From positions 256,001-320,000 of the forward strand of contig CAVXGR010000016.1 of assembly GCA_963761335.1 (NCBI GenBank): 64,000 nt of DNA, in the 5' to 3' direction. Made by a program: the position numbers and the translations under genes. Source of the stretch: an uncultured delta proteobacterium (GTDB taxonomy: Bacteria; Desulfobacterota; Binatia; HRBIN30; BPIQ01). This document shows, piece after piece, positions 28,735-37,443 of the stretch. The notes beneath the pieces are model-generated. The model was not told the DNA's origin. It did no database searches and worked only from the letters and a program-made list of their open reading frames with translations. The number at the start of each line of letters is the position of its first letter. Positions within the stretch are counted from its first letter, which is position 1.

Positions 28735-31700
28735 ATGCGGCGATGCGGTCGGCCGGCTCTGACGGTCATCTTGGTCCTGACTCTGGTCTCCATCGCGGGC
28801 GGGGAGATGCCGTATCCGGCCAACCCGGCGCCCTGCGCTCAGGGAGAGATGGGGCCGGAGTGTATCGAGCCCTTCGAGTTCTCCCGCTATCTCTTTCTGC
28901 CCGAGGCCGAGCCGCCCCTGCGGCCGAACGACTTCAACGACGACTGGAAGCTGACCAGCGGCACCACCGGTATGGCGTCCATCGACTCCAGCCCGCAGGA
29001 GCTCTTCGGTGTGCGCGGCGCCAGCGTCGATCTCGCCTGGCAGGTGACCACCGGGCGCCCGGACGTGATCATCGCCGTGATCGACTCCGGCATCCGCTGG
29101 GCCGAGATGCAGCCGGACGTGGTGAACAAGTTCTATCTCAACCCGGGAGAGCTGCCGGTGCCGGAGGGCAGCGACAACGCCCGCAATCCCTTCGACCGCA
29201 ACCGCGATGGTGTCTTCAACATCCGCGACTACCTCGCCGACGACACGCATGCGCAGGACTCGCGCGTCAGCGACGCCAACGGCAACGGTGTCATCGATCC
29301 GGAGGACCTGATCTTCCTGTTCTCCGATGGCGTCGATGACGACGGCAACGGCTACGTCGACGACATCAGCGGCTGGGACTTCTTCGAGGACGACAACGAC
29401 CCGCTCGACGAAGTGCGCTACGGTCACGGCACCGGCGAGTCGCACGACTCCTCCGCCGAGGCCGACAACGGCATCGGCGGCGTCGGCACCTGCCCCAACT
29501 GTCTGCTCCTGGAGATTCGCGCCGGCGACAGCTTCGTCGCCGAGGTCGATGCCTTCGCGCGCGGCGTCGTCTATGCGGTCGACAACGGTGCTCGGGTGGT
29601 CCAGGAGGCCCTCGGCACCATCGACCACACCCGCTTCGGGCAGGAGGCCATCGACTATGCCTACGAGAACGGCACCGTGGTGATTGCCTCGGCGGCCGAC
29701 GAGGAATCAAACCACCACAACTATCCGGCCAACTATCAGCACACCGTCGAGGTGAACTCGGTCACCCGCTACTCGGACAGCGTCTCACAGACGCCGCGCT
29801 CGTATCTCTACCTCAACGGCTGCACCAACTACGGCGGCCACATCGCCGTCTCGGTGCCGTCGTCCAGCTGCTCTTCGGAGGCGACCGGGCGCGGCGCCGG
29901 AATGGCGGCGCTGGTGATCTCGGCGGCGCTCAACGCCGTTGACGGCGGCACTCTCGAGCCGTACCCGGGCGATGACGGCTCGGCGGCGCCGTTCCCGCTC
30001 TCCGCCGAGGAGGTCAAGCAGATCCTGACGACCACCGCCGACGACATCAACTTCGACGCCCGCGACGATGTGCAGCCGCCGCTGCCGCAGAGCTACTCGA
30101 CGAGCATCCCTTTGCCGTTCCTCAGCAGCCAGCGCTTTCCCTCCACCGCCGGCTGGGACCAGTACTTCGGCTACGGCAGGATCAACGCCAATCAGGCGGT
30201 CCGGCGGGTCGCCGCGGGGCGGATTCCGCCGGAGGCGGCAATCAGCTCGCCCGAGTGGTTCGACATCGTCGACGCCGAGGCCACGGCGCCGATCGCCGTC
30301 CGCGGACGCGCCGCCGCCAACCGGGCGGCGTCCTTCACGTACACTCTTTCGCTAGCGCCCGGAGTGCAGCCCGCTGAGAGCGACTTCCAGGTGGTCGCCA
30401 CCTCGGAGTCGCGCAGCGAACCGCTCGTCGGCGATCTCGGCTCGATCGATGTTGCGGCGCTGCGCCAACGATTGCCGCACGGCGCCGAGGGCCCGGCGAT
30501 CAACGCTGACGGATCGCCGGATCCGGACCGCTTCACCTTCACCGTTCGCCTGCAGGTGATCGACGACCAGGGAAACCTGGGCGAGGATCGCCGGGTCCTG
30601 GCTCTGCATCACGACGCCGATCTCTTTGCCGGATACGACAACGCCGGCACGCCCCTGCATCTCACCTCCGACGGCACCTCGGCGCCGGTCACCGCCGATC
30701 TCAACGGCGACGGCATCGAAGATCTGATCTTCGGCACCTCCGATGGGCAGGTGCACGCTCTGAGCACGCTGCGCGTTCCGAGCGATACGGGACCCCCGAC
30801 CCTGCACCTCGCCGAGCTCCCGGGCTGGCCGGTGTCCACGGATGCGCTCGAGCTGCAGGCCGAGGCGCCCGCCTACGCCAGCGGCGCGATCCAGACGCCG
30901 GTGTACGGCGCCATCCTCGGTGGCGTGGCCGTCGGCGACCTCGACCGCGACGGCACCCTGGAGGTGGTCGCCTCGGACGCGCAGGGCAAGCTCTACGTGT
31001 GGGACCGCAACGGCGTCCGCCGCAGCGGTTTCCCGGTGACCACCCTGCCGCAGTACTCGTTTTCCTTCCGCTCCGAGAGGAACCTCGACACGCCCGAAGG
31101 GCGCGTGCCCGACCTCGTCAATCGACACAACGGCGACAATCGCCTGGGCCGCGCCCTGCTCGGCGGCCCGGCTCTGGGAAATCTGGACGGCTCCGCGGAT
31201 GGCTCTCTGGAGATCGTCGCCGGCTCCTTCGATCGACATCTCTATGCCTGGCACGACGACGGCAGCCCGGTCGACGGCTGGCCGGTTCTGCTGAAGGACC
31301 CGCAGAAGGTCGCCTCCGTCGACCCGGTGACCAACGAGGTGACGCTGGTCCCCGGAGCAAATGCGCGGCTGGGGACCAAGGTCTTGGTTCCGCCTTCTCT
31401 CGGCGACATCGACGGCGACGGCCGCCTCGACGTGGTGGCGGTCGTGAACGAGGAGTACGGCGAGGCGCCGAACGCGCTCTTCACCAACGGCTACGTCAAC
31501 CTCTTCCGTCAGACGGGAGTCCTCGATAGCGGCAACACGCGCGTGTACGCCATCTATGCGGACGGCGTGGCTCACGGCGACTCGGGACTGCACCAGGGCT
31601 GGAATCCCGGCGCCTTTCTTCCCGGATGGCCGGTGAAGACGGCGCTGTTGACCACCGAGCTGCTTCCGGTGGTCGGTAGCGGCAGCAACGGTCCGCCCGC

Positions 31701-33153
31701 CCTCGCCGACGTCGACGGCGACGGTCTCCCGGAGATCGGCACCATGTCCTCCGTGGGTCCGGCGTACGTGTTCAACTCGCAGGGGGTGTCGTTCTTCGGC
31801 CGCAACGATGACGGTACCGACCGCACCCTCGAGAGCGACGTCTTCGGCGCCGACAGCGACGCCGCCGATTCGCCCACCTTCGGGGCTCTCGGCGCGCCGG
31901 TGCTCGCCGAGTTCTGGGGCCGCGGCGGCGGCTTCGCCCTGCTGGGGCCGACCGCGGGGCTCGGCAAGCTGGCCGACAACAACCTGCCGGCGCAACAGAC
32001 GCCCTCCGAGAACCACCTGGCGGCATGGGCAGTGTCGCATGCAGACGGCAGCGCCGCGGACGGCTCCTTCCTGCAGGCGTTCCCGCGGCGGGTGAACGAT
32101 CTCCAGTTTCTCGCCGCGCCGTCGATCGCCGATCTCGACGGCGACGGATTGCCGGAAGCCATCGAGGGCAGTGGCGTCTACGATGTCCACGCCGTGAACG
32201 CCGCCGGCGCCGAGGCGCCGGGCTGGCCGAAGTTCACCAACGGGTGGATGGTGGGCGGGCCGACAGTCGGGGACATCGACGGCGACGGTCGCCTCGAGGT
32301 GATGGGGACGACGCGCGAGGGACTGCTCTTCGTGTGGCGCACGAACGGGGACGAGTGCGGCTTCATCCCCTGGAGGCGCTGGCACCACGACGAGTGGGGC
32401 ACCGGCAACTACGCGACCGATGCGCGCCCGCCGGCCTCTCTGCGCCCCGAGGAGGTCCTCGGAATCGAGGTGCTTTCGGCGACCCAGGTGCGCCTGGATC
32501 TGGCGGGCCTGCCGGGAGACGACCTCTTCTGCGGCACGAACGTCAGCTACGACATTCGCTTTGCCGATCAGCCGATCGAGAGCGCCGCGCAGTTCGCCGC
32601 CGCCGATCAGGTCGCCGAGGTTCCGCCGGGGAACGGCGTCCGCGGCGGAGGATCGCTGACCATCGGCGATCCACGCCTCGCCGGCCGTCATCTGTACCTG
32701 GCCATGACCGCCATCGACGACGCCTCCAATCGCTCGGCGATTCTTCCTCTCGGTCCCGTGGACTTCCCCACCGCCGGTCCCACGGCGACGGTCACCGCCT
32801 CGTCGTCGCCGGGCCCGAGTGCCACGCCGACGGCACCGGCGACCGAGACCGAGACGGCGGCGGCGACGCAGACCCCCAGTGCGGCGGCGCCGACCGCTTC
32901 ACCAACGGTGACGTCGGCGGCGACTGCCACACAGACGGTAGCAGCGACTGCCACGCAGACAGCAGCTGCGAGCCCGACCCGCCCGTCGCCGACCGCATCG
33001 CCGACGGCGACGGCCTTCGCGGCCGAGGGCTGCAACCTCGGCTCGCCCGGCGGCTCGGGCGAGCCGCTGCTCCTTCTGCCGCCGCTGCTTCTCTGGCTGC
33101 GGCGCCGCTCCGGTGTGCGCCGCTCCGCGCCGCGAAGCGGCGCAGGCATGTAG
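28735..33153 (+). CDS. Large secreted S8 (subtilase) peptidase with FG-GAP/VCBS-like repeats, Thr-rich linker and C-terminal sorting signal
   Basis: Signal peptide, IAVIDSG, GHGT, GYGRINA, many D-[LIV]-[DN]-x-D-G repeats, T/A/P linker, GC...LLLLPPLLLWLRRR tail. Confidence 0.85.
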   Translation: MRRCGRPALTVILVLTLVSIAGGEMPYPANPAPCAQGEMGPECIEPFEFSRYLFLPEAEPPLRPNDFNDDWKLTSGTTGMASIDSSPQELFGVRGASVDLAWQVTTGRPDVIIAVIDSGIRWAEMQPDVVNKFYLNPGELPVPEGSDNARNPFDRNRDGVFNIRDYLADDTHAQDSRVSDANGNGVIDPEDLIFLFSDGVDDDGNGYVDDISGWDFFEDDNDPLDEVRYGHGTGESHDSSAEADNGIGGVGTCPNCLLLEIRAGDSFVAEVDAFARGVVYAVDNGARVVQEALGTIDHTRFGQEAIDYAYENGTVVIASAADEESNHHNYPANYQHTVEVNSVTRYSDSVSQTPRSYLYLNGCTNYGGHIAVSVPSSSCSSEATGRGAGMAALVISAALNAVDGGTLEPYPGDDGSAAPFPLSAEEVKQILTTTADDINFDARDDVQPPLPQSYSTSIPLPFLSSQRFPSTAGWDQYFGYGRINANQAVRRVAAGRIPPEAAISSPEWFDIVDAEATAPIAVRGRAAANRAASFTYTLSLAPGVQPAESDFQVVATSESRSEPLVGDLGSIDVAALRQRLPHGAEGPAINADGSPDPDRFTFTVRLQVIDDQGNLGEDRRVLALHHDADLFAGYDNAGTPLHLTSDGTSAPVTADLNGDGIEDLIFGTSDGQVHALSTLRVPSDTGPPTLHLAELPGWPVSTDALELQAEAPAYASGAIQTPVYGAILGGVAVGDLDRDGTLEVVASDAQGKLYVWDRNGVRRSGFPVTTLPQYSFSFRSERNLDTPEGRVPDLVNRHNGDNRLGRALLGGPALGNLDGSADGSLEIVAGSFDRHLYAWHDDGSPVDGWPVLLKDPQKVASVDPVTNEVTLVPGANARLGTKVLVPPSLGDIDGDGRLDVVAVVNEEYGEAPNALFTNGYVNLFRQTGVLDSGNTRVYAIYADGVAHGDSGLHQGWNPGAFLPGWPVKTALLTTELLPVVGSGSNGPPALADVDGDGLPEIGTMSSVGPAYVFNSQGVSFFGRNDDGTDRTLESDVFGADSDAADSPTFGALGAPVLAEFWGRGGGFALLGPTAGLGKLADNNLPAQQTPSENHLAAWAVSHADGSAADGSFLQAFPRRVNDLQFLAAPSIADLDGDGLPEAIEGSGVYDVHAVNAAGAEAPGWPKFTNGWMVGGPTVGDIDGDGRLEVMGTTREGLLFVWRTNGDECGFIPWRRWHHDEWGTGNYATDARPPASLRPEEVLGIEVLSATQVRLDLAGLPGDDLFCGTNVSYDIRFADQPIESAAQFAAADQVAEVPPGNGVRGGGSLTIGDPRLAGRHLYLAMTAIDDASNRSAILPLGPVDFPTAGPTATVTASSSPGPSATPTAPATETETAAATQTPSAAAPTASPTVTSAATATQTVAATATQTAAASPTRPSPTASPTATAFAAEGCNLGSPGGSGEPLLLLPPLLLWLRRRSGVRRSAPRSGAGM

Positions 33154-33250
33154 CGTCGGTCAAAGCCGCGAATCTCGCCGCGGAGCGGCGCGGGCATGTA
33201 GCGTCGGTCGAAGCTGCGAATCTCGCCGCGGAGCGGCGCGGGCATGTAGC
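33128..33250. repeat. 48-bp tandem repeat (~2.5 copies) overlapping the S8 gene stop
   Basis: CATGTAG recurs at 33147, 33195 and 33243; each unit has the hairpin CGCCGC-GGA/GAA-GCGGCG. Confidence 0.9.
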
Positions 33251-33563
33251 CCCGGGTGCCAACCCGGGGAGAAAGGCGCGGTCCCTCATACGCGCCCCGT
33301 CAGGGGCGCGGGCACGATCCCATCGAGCTTGGTAGTCTACCCCGGCTTTGCCCAACGGGATGTCCGTTGGCTGCTGCGTTGTTGGTCAGTTCACCCCTTC
33401 TTACCAACAACCAACAACGCAACAACCTTCGGCGGTGCCACCGTCCGTTCGGCTCGTTGGACAAAGCCAGTCTACCCGGCCCCTCCGGGGCCACATGCCC
33501 AGCTCCCGGTGCTGCGTCGCAATCCCCCATGCTGCGGGCCAGTAAGACTAAGGGCGCGGTTCA

Positions 33564-33608
33564 CAGAAATGGAGAATGGAGAACCGGTGACCGGGGATGG
33601 AGAACCGG
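33564..33608. repeat. Repeat family A arm
   Basis: GAAATGGAGAATGGAGAACCGGTGACCGGGGATGGAGAACCGG. Confidence 0.75.
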
Positions 33609-33649
33609 GTAACCGATGAAGGAGAGAGAGACGCCGATTTGACTCCGTG

Positions 33650-34783
33650 TCACGCGAAGCGTGAGAGCTGGGCGACGCGCTCGCGGTGGTGGGTCGGGTC
33701 GCCGAAGGCGACGCGGTTGGCCGCGGCGCGCTTGAACCAGAAATGCAGGTCGTGCTCCCAGGTGAAGCCGATGCCGCCATGGACCTGGAGGGCGCGGTCG
33801 GCGACGAAGCTGTAGACGTCAGAGAGGCGCGCCTTCGCCATGGCGACAGCCTCCGGCGCCTGGCGCGGAGCGGAATCGAGGCGGTAGCCGGCGTACCACA
33901 CCAGCGACCTCGCCGGCTCGATCGCTGCCGCCATCTCGGCGGCCATGTGCTTGACGGCCTGGAAGGAGCCGATCGGTTTGCCGAACTGCTCGCGGATCTT
34001 CGAGTAGCTGACGCTCATGTCGAGAAGGCGCTGGGCGCCGCCGAGCGAGTCGGCGGCGACGGCGGCGGCGCCGAGGTCCAGAAGGGCCGTCAGCAGCGGC
34101 CAGGCCTTCCCTTCGTCGCCGATTCGCTGCGCCTCGGGCACGGAGACCCCGGCGAGCTCGACCCGATACAGCCGCCGTGTCACGTCGATGCAGTCGAGCG
34201 GACGAATCTGCAGGCCCGGCGTCTCCTTCTCGACGACGAACAGGCTGATGCCGTCTTCGCCCTTTCCGGAGGTGCGGAGGGCGGCGACGATGAAGTCGGC
34301 GGCGGCGGCGTCGCCGACGAACATCTTGACGCCGTTCAGCTGGTAGTGATCGCGGCGGTGGCGGGCGCGCGCCTGGATGCCGGCGGCCCCCGGGCAATCG
34401 CTCTCTTCGAGAAAGGCGATGGTGCCCACCGCTCCGCCGCCGGCGATGGCCGGAAGCCAGCGCTTCTTCACCGCTGCCGGGGCCTTGCGCAAGGCGGTGG
34501 CGGCCAGGACCGAGGACGAGACGAACGGCCCGGGAAGGGCGGCGCGGCCCATCTCTTCGAGGAGGAGCAGCAGGTCGAGCGTTCCCAGACCGAGACCGCC
34601 GAAGGTCTCGGGGATGACCATCCCGGTCCAGCCGAGCTCCGCCATCTTGCCGTGCAGGCGGCGCGAAAAGGCGTCCGCTTCGCCGCTGATCTCGCGCACC
34701 AGGGTCGGCGGGCACTCGTGGTCGAGAAACTCACGCGCCGCCCGCTGCAGGCTCTCCTGCTCTTCGCTCAGCCCGAAATTCAT
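33650..34783 (-). CDS. Acyl-CoA dehydrogenase, likely non-catalytic subunit of a heteromer
   Basis: MNFGLSEEQ start, REQFGKPIGSFQAVKH, QVHGGIGFTWE; short C-terminus without the GT..IQ motif. Confidence 0.9.
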   Translation of the reverse strand: MNFGLSEEQESLQRAAREFLDHECPPTLVREISGEADAFSRRLHGKMAELGWTGMVIPETFGGLGLGTLDLLLLLEEMGRAALPGPFVSSSVLAATALRKAPAAVKKRWLPAIAGGGAVGTIAFLEESDCPGAAGIQARARHRRDHYQLNGVKMFVGDAAAADFIVAALRTSGKGEDGISLFVVEKETPGLQIRPLDCIDVTRRLYRVELAGVSVPEAQRIGDEGKAWPLLTALLDLGAAAVAADSLGGAQRLLDMSVSYSKIREQFGKPIGSFQAVKHMAAEMAAAIEPARSLVWYAGYRLDSAPRQAPEAVAMAKARLSDVYSFVADRALQVHGGIGFTWEHDLHFWFKRAAANRVAFGDPTHHRERVAQLSRFA

Positions 34784-34803
34784 GCGCCTTCGACCGCTCT
34801 CGC

Positions 34804-35988
34804 TCAGCGGGGCATGCCCATGCCGCGTTCGCTGATGATGTTCTTCTGAATCTGCGAGGTGCCACCGCCGATGATCATGCCGAGGGTGAACATGAACTCC
34901 CACGGCCAGATGCCGCGGTCCACCGCCAGCGTCTCGGAGCGGCCCAGAACCGAGTACGACCCGAGCAGGTCCATCGCCACCGCAGCGATGTCGTGATTGA
35001 GCTCCGTGCTCACCAGCTTGTTGATCGAGGCGCCGATCCCCGGAGGCCGTTTGCGCACGGCGTCGGTGAGCTGCCGGTAGGAGTGCAGTCGCATGGCCTC
35101 GACGCGGATGTGCAGGTCGGCGAGCCGCTGGCGAACCACCGGATCGTCGACGCCGCGGCGGCCACCGCGCGGCGTCTGCGCCAGGCGCAGCGCGCCGTCG
35201 AACATCTGCTGCGTGCGCGTCGTCGAGCCGAGCATGTTGCGCTCGTGCGCCAGCGTCGAGTTGGCCACCAGCCAGCCCTGGTTGAGCTCTCCGACCAAGT
35301 TGCGCCGCGGCACGCGCACGTCCTCGAAGAACACCTCGTTGAAGCCGGCGTCGCCGGTGATCTGCACCAGCGGTCGCACGGTGATGCCCGGGCTCTTCAT
35401 GTCGATGAGGACGTAGGAGATGCCGCGGTGCTTGGGCGCCTCGGTGTCGGTGCGCACCAGGCAGAACATCCAGTCGGCGAACTGCGCGAAGGAGGTCCAT
35501 ACCTTCTGGCCGTTGATGATGAACTCGTCTCCGAGCAGCTCGGCGCGGGTCTTCAGCGACGCGAGATCGGAGCCGGATCCCGGCTCCGAGTAGCCCTGGC
35601 ACCAGATCTCCTCGGCGGTGAGGATGGGCGGGAGGTAGCGCTTCTTCTGTTCCGCCGTGCCCCACTGGATCAGCGTCGGGCCGACCATCTGCACGCCCAG
35701 CATACCGATGAGGCCGGGGGTGCGCGCCCGCACCAGCTCCTCGTTGATGATCGTCTGCTCCATCAGGTCGGCGTCGCGACCGCCGTATTCCCGCGGCCAT
35801 CCCATGGCGACGTAACCGGCTTCGTAGAGCTTGCGCTGCCATGCCTTGGCGGCGCCGATGCGGCTCGGGTCGCCGTACTCGACGGAGCCGGCGCCCTCGT
35901 TGCGCTCGCGGCGCGGATGATTCGCCTTCAGCCACTCGCGCAGCTCGCGGCGCACCAACTCGTGCTCGGCGGTGAACGACAGATCCAT
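34804..35988 (-). CDS. Acyl-CoA dehydrogenase, likely catalytic subunit
   Basis: WCQGYSEPGSGSDLASL, NGQKVWTS, FNEVFF, LAHER, GGGTSQIQKNII. Confidence 0.92.
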   Translation of the reverse strand: MDLSFTAEHELVRRELREWLKANHPRRERNEGAGSVEYGDPSRIGAAKAWQRKLYEAGYVAMGWPREYGGRDADLMEQTIINEELVRARTPGLIGMLGVQMVGPTLIQWGTAEQKKRYLPPILTAEEIWCQGYSEPGSGSDLASLKTRAELLGDEFIINGQKVWTSFAQFADWMFCLVRTDTEAPKHRGISYVLIDMKSPGITVRPLVQITGDAGFNEVFFEDVRVPRRNLVGELNQGWLVANSTLAHERNMLGSTTRTQQMFDGALRLAQTPRGGRRGVDDPVVRQRLADLHIRVEAMRLHSYRQLTDAVRKRPPGIGASINKLVSTELNHDIAAVAMDLLGSYSVLGRSETLAVDRGIWPWEFMFTLGMIIGGGTSQIQKNIISERGMGMPR

Positions 35989-35998
35989 GCGCCTTCTC

Positions 35999-37237
35999 CT
36001 AATTCCCGAACTTCTCCGCCACGGCCGCGAACGCCGCGTCGGTGGCGTCCAGGGTCTGCGAGATGTCGCTCTCCGCGTGCGCTGCGGAGAGGAACCAGTT
36101 GTGGGTCGGATGCAGGTAGATGCCGCCGCGGCAGCACGCGGCGGCGAAGTAGCGACGCCGGTCGAAGCCACCGCCGTCCTGCGGAAAAGTGAGGTAGGGG
36201 ATTGCCGGTGGCCCGGAGGTGCGGATCTCGATGCCGTGCCGCCGCGCCTGCTCCTCCAGGCCGCGGCGCAGAAGGGTGCCCATGCGCTCCATGTGGGGAA
36301 TGGCGCCGCCGTTCTCGATCTCGCGCAGGCAGGCGAGGGCGGCGGCCATGGGCACCGCGGAGGTGAAGTAGGAGCCGGTGAAGAAGACGCGCCGGGCGGC
36401 GTCCATGAGCGCGCGCCGGCCGACGCAGGCGGCGAGCGGATAGCCGTTGGCGATCGCCTTGCAATAGCAGGACAGGTCGGGGCGCACCCCGAAGACCTCG
36501 CCGGAGCCGCCGAGATGGAGCCGAAAGCCGGCGCGCACGTCGTCGAGAATGAAGACGATTCCCTCGGTGTCGCAGCGGCGGCGCACTCCGGGCAGGAAGC
36601 CCTCGGCCGGAAGCTCCAGATCGTAGGGGGCGTCGTGCCGGAACGGGCTGAGGATGACGCCTGCCACGTCGCCACGGTTCTCGTCGAGGGCGCGCTCGAA
36701 GTCGGCGAGATCGTTGTAGCGGAACTGGACGACGTTGGCCGTGTCCTCCGGAGTGACTCCCGCGGGTACCGGCGTGCACCACGCGTGGGTCCCATGATAG
36801 GCGCCCCGCGCCTTGACGATCTTCTTCCTGCCGGTGTGCTGCCGCGCCACCTGCACCGCCCAGGTGCAGACGTCCGAGCCGTTCTTGGCGAACACGGTCC
36901 AGTCGGCGAAGGGCGTGATCTCCACCAGCTTCTCGGCCAGCTCCACCCACAGCTCGCTCGGGCCGTTGAAGCAATTTCCCTTGCGGCGCTGCGCCGCGGC
37001 CGCACCTTCGACGGCCGAATGGTTGTGGCCGAGAACGATGGGCCCGTAGGAGCAGATGTAGTCGATGTACTCGTTGCCGTCGACGTCCCAGATGTGGCAT
37101 CCCTGACCGCGAGCGAAGAAGTACGGATAGGCGTCGCGGACCAGCGTCGTCGGGCTCTGGTGCCCGTATATGCCGCCGGGAACGACGTGCGAGGCGCGCT
37201 CGAGGAGCTCCTGGCTGCGGGCGTAGCGGTTGCTCAT
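35999..37237 (-). CDS. Class III PLP aminotransferase (glutamate-1-semialdehyde aminomutase-like)
   Basis: DVDGNEYIDY, KNGSD, YHG, ILDDVRAGFR, CKAIANG (PLP lysine); RBS GGAGG. Confidence 0.9.
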   Translation of the reverse strand: MSNRYARSQELLERASHVVPGGIYGHQSPTTLVRDAYPYFFARGQGCHIWDVDGNEYIDYICSYGPIVLGHNHSAVEGAAAAQRRKGNCFNGPSELWVELAEKLVEITPFADWTVFAKNGSDVCTWAVQVARQHTGRKKIVKARGAYHGTHAWCTPVPAGVTPEDTANVVQFRYNDLADFERALDENRGDVAGVILSPFRHDAPYDLELPAEGFLPGVRRRCDTEGIVFILDDVRAGFRLHLGGSGEVFGVRPDLSCYCKAIANGYPLAACVGRRALMDAARRVFFTGSYFTSAVPMAAALACLREIENGGAIPHMERMGTLLRRGLEEQARRHGIEIRTSGPPAIPYLTFPQDGGGFDRRRYFAAACCRGGIYLHPTHNWFLSAAHAESDISQTLDATDAAFAAVAEKFGN

Positions 37238-37443
37238 CCCATCCTCCTCCGGTGGACGCAAAATAGGGCGGCCGCCCCTCCGAGCGCAAGCGTGCGGCAG
37301 GCGCCGGGGGCGCAGGCACCCTGGTCGCCTCGAAACCGTCAGCAATCGGACGTCCCCGGTCCGCCTATCCTTGCCGGATGGGTGGGCTGGGGCCGGACTG
37401 CTGCCGCGGCGCGACGCTTGCTTCAGAAAGCTGGGATTTCGAG

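Noticed and set aside
33128..33250. Possible mini CRISPR array
   Set aside because: Whole 48-bp units are near-identical with no unique spacers, and there are no cas genes; it is a tandem duplication.
33650..37005. Apparent 761-aa and 733-aa extended or fused ACAD ORFs
   Set aside because: The N-terminal extensions are off-frame read-through of neighbouring genes; real starts are at 34783 and 35988.
35999..37237. Calling the aminotransferase hemL
   Set aside because: It lacks the HemL-typical GGVNSPVR and SGTEA motifs (has GGIYGHQ and NGSDV) and has no heme-gene context.
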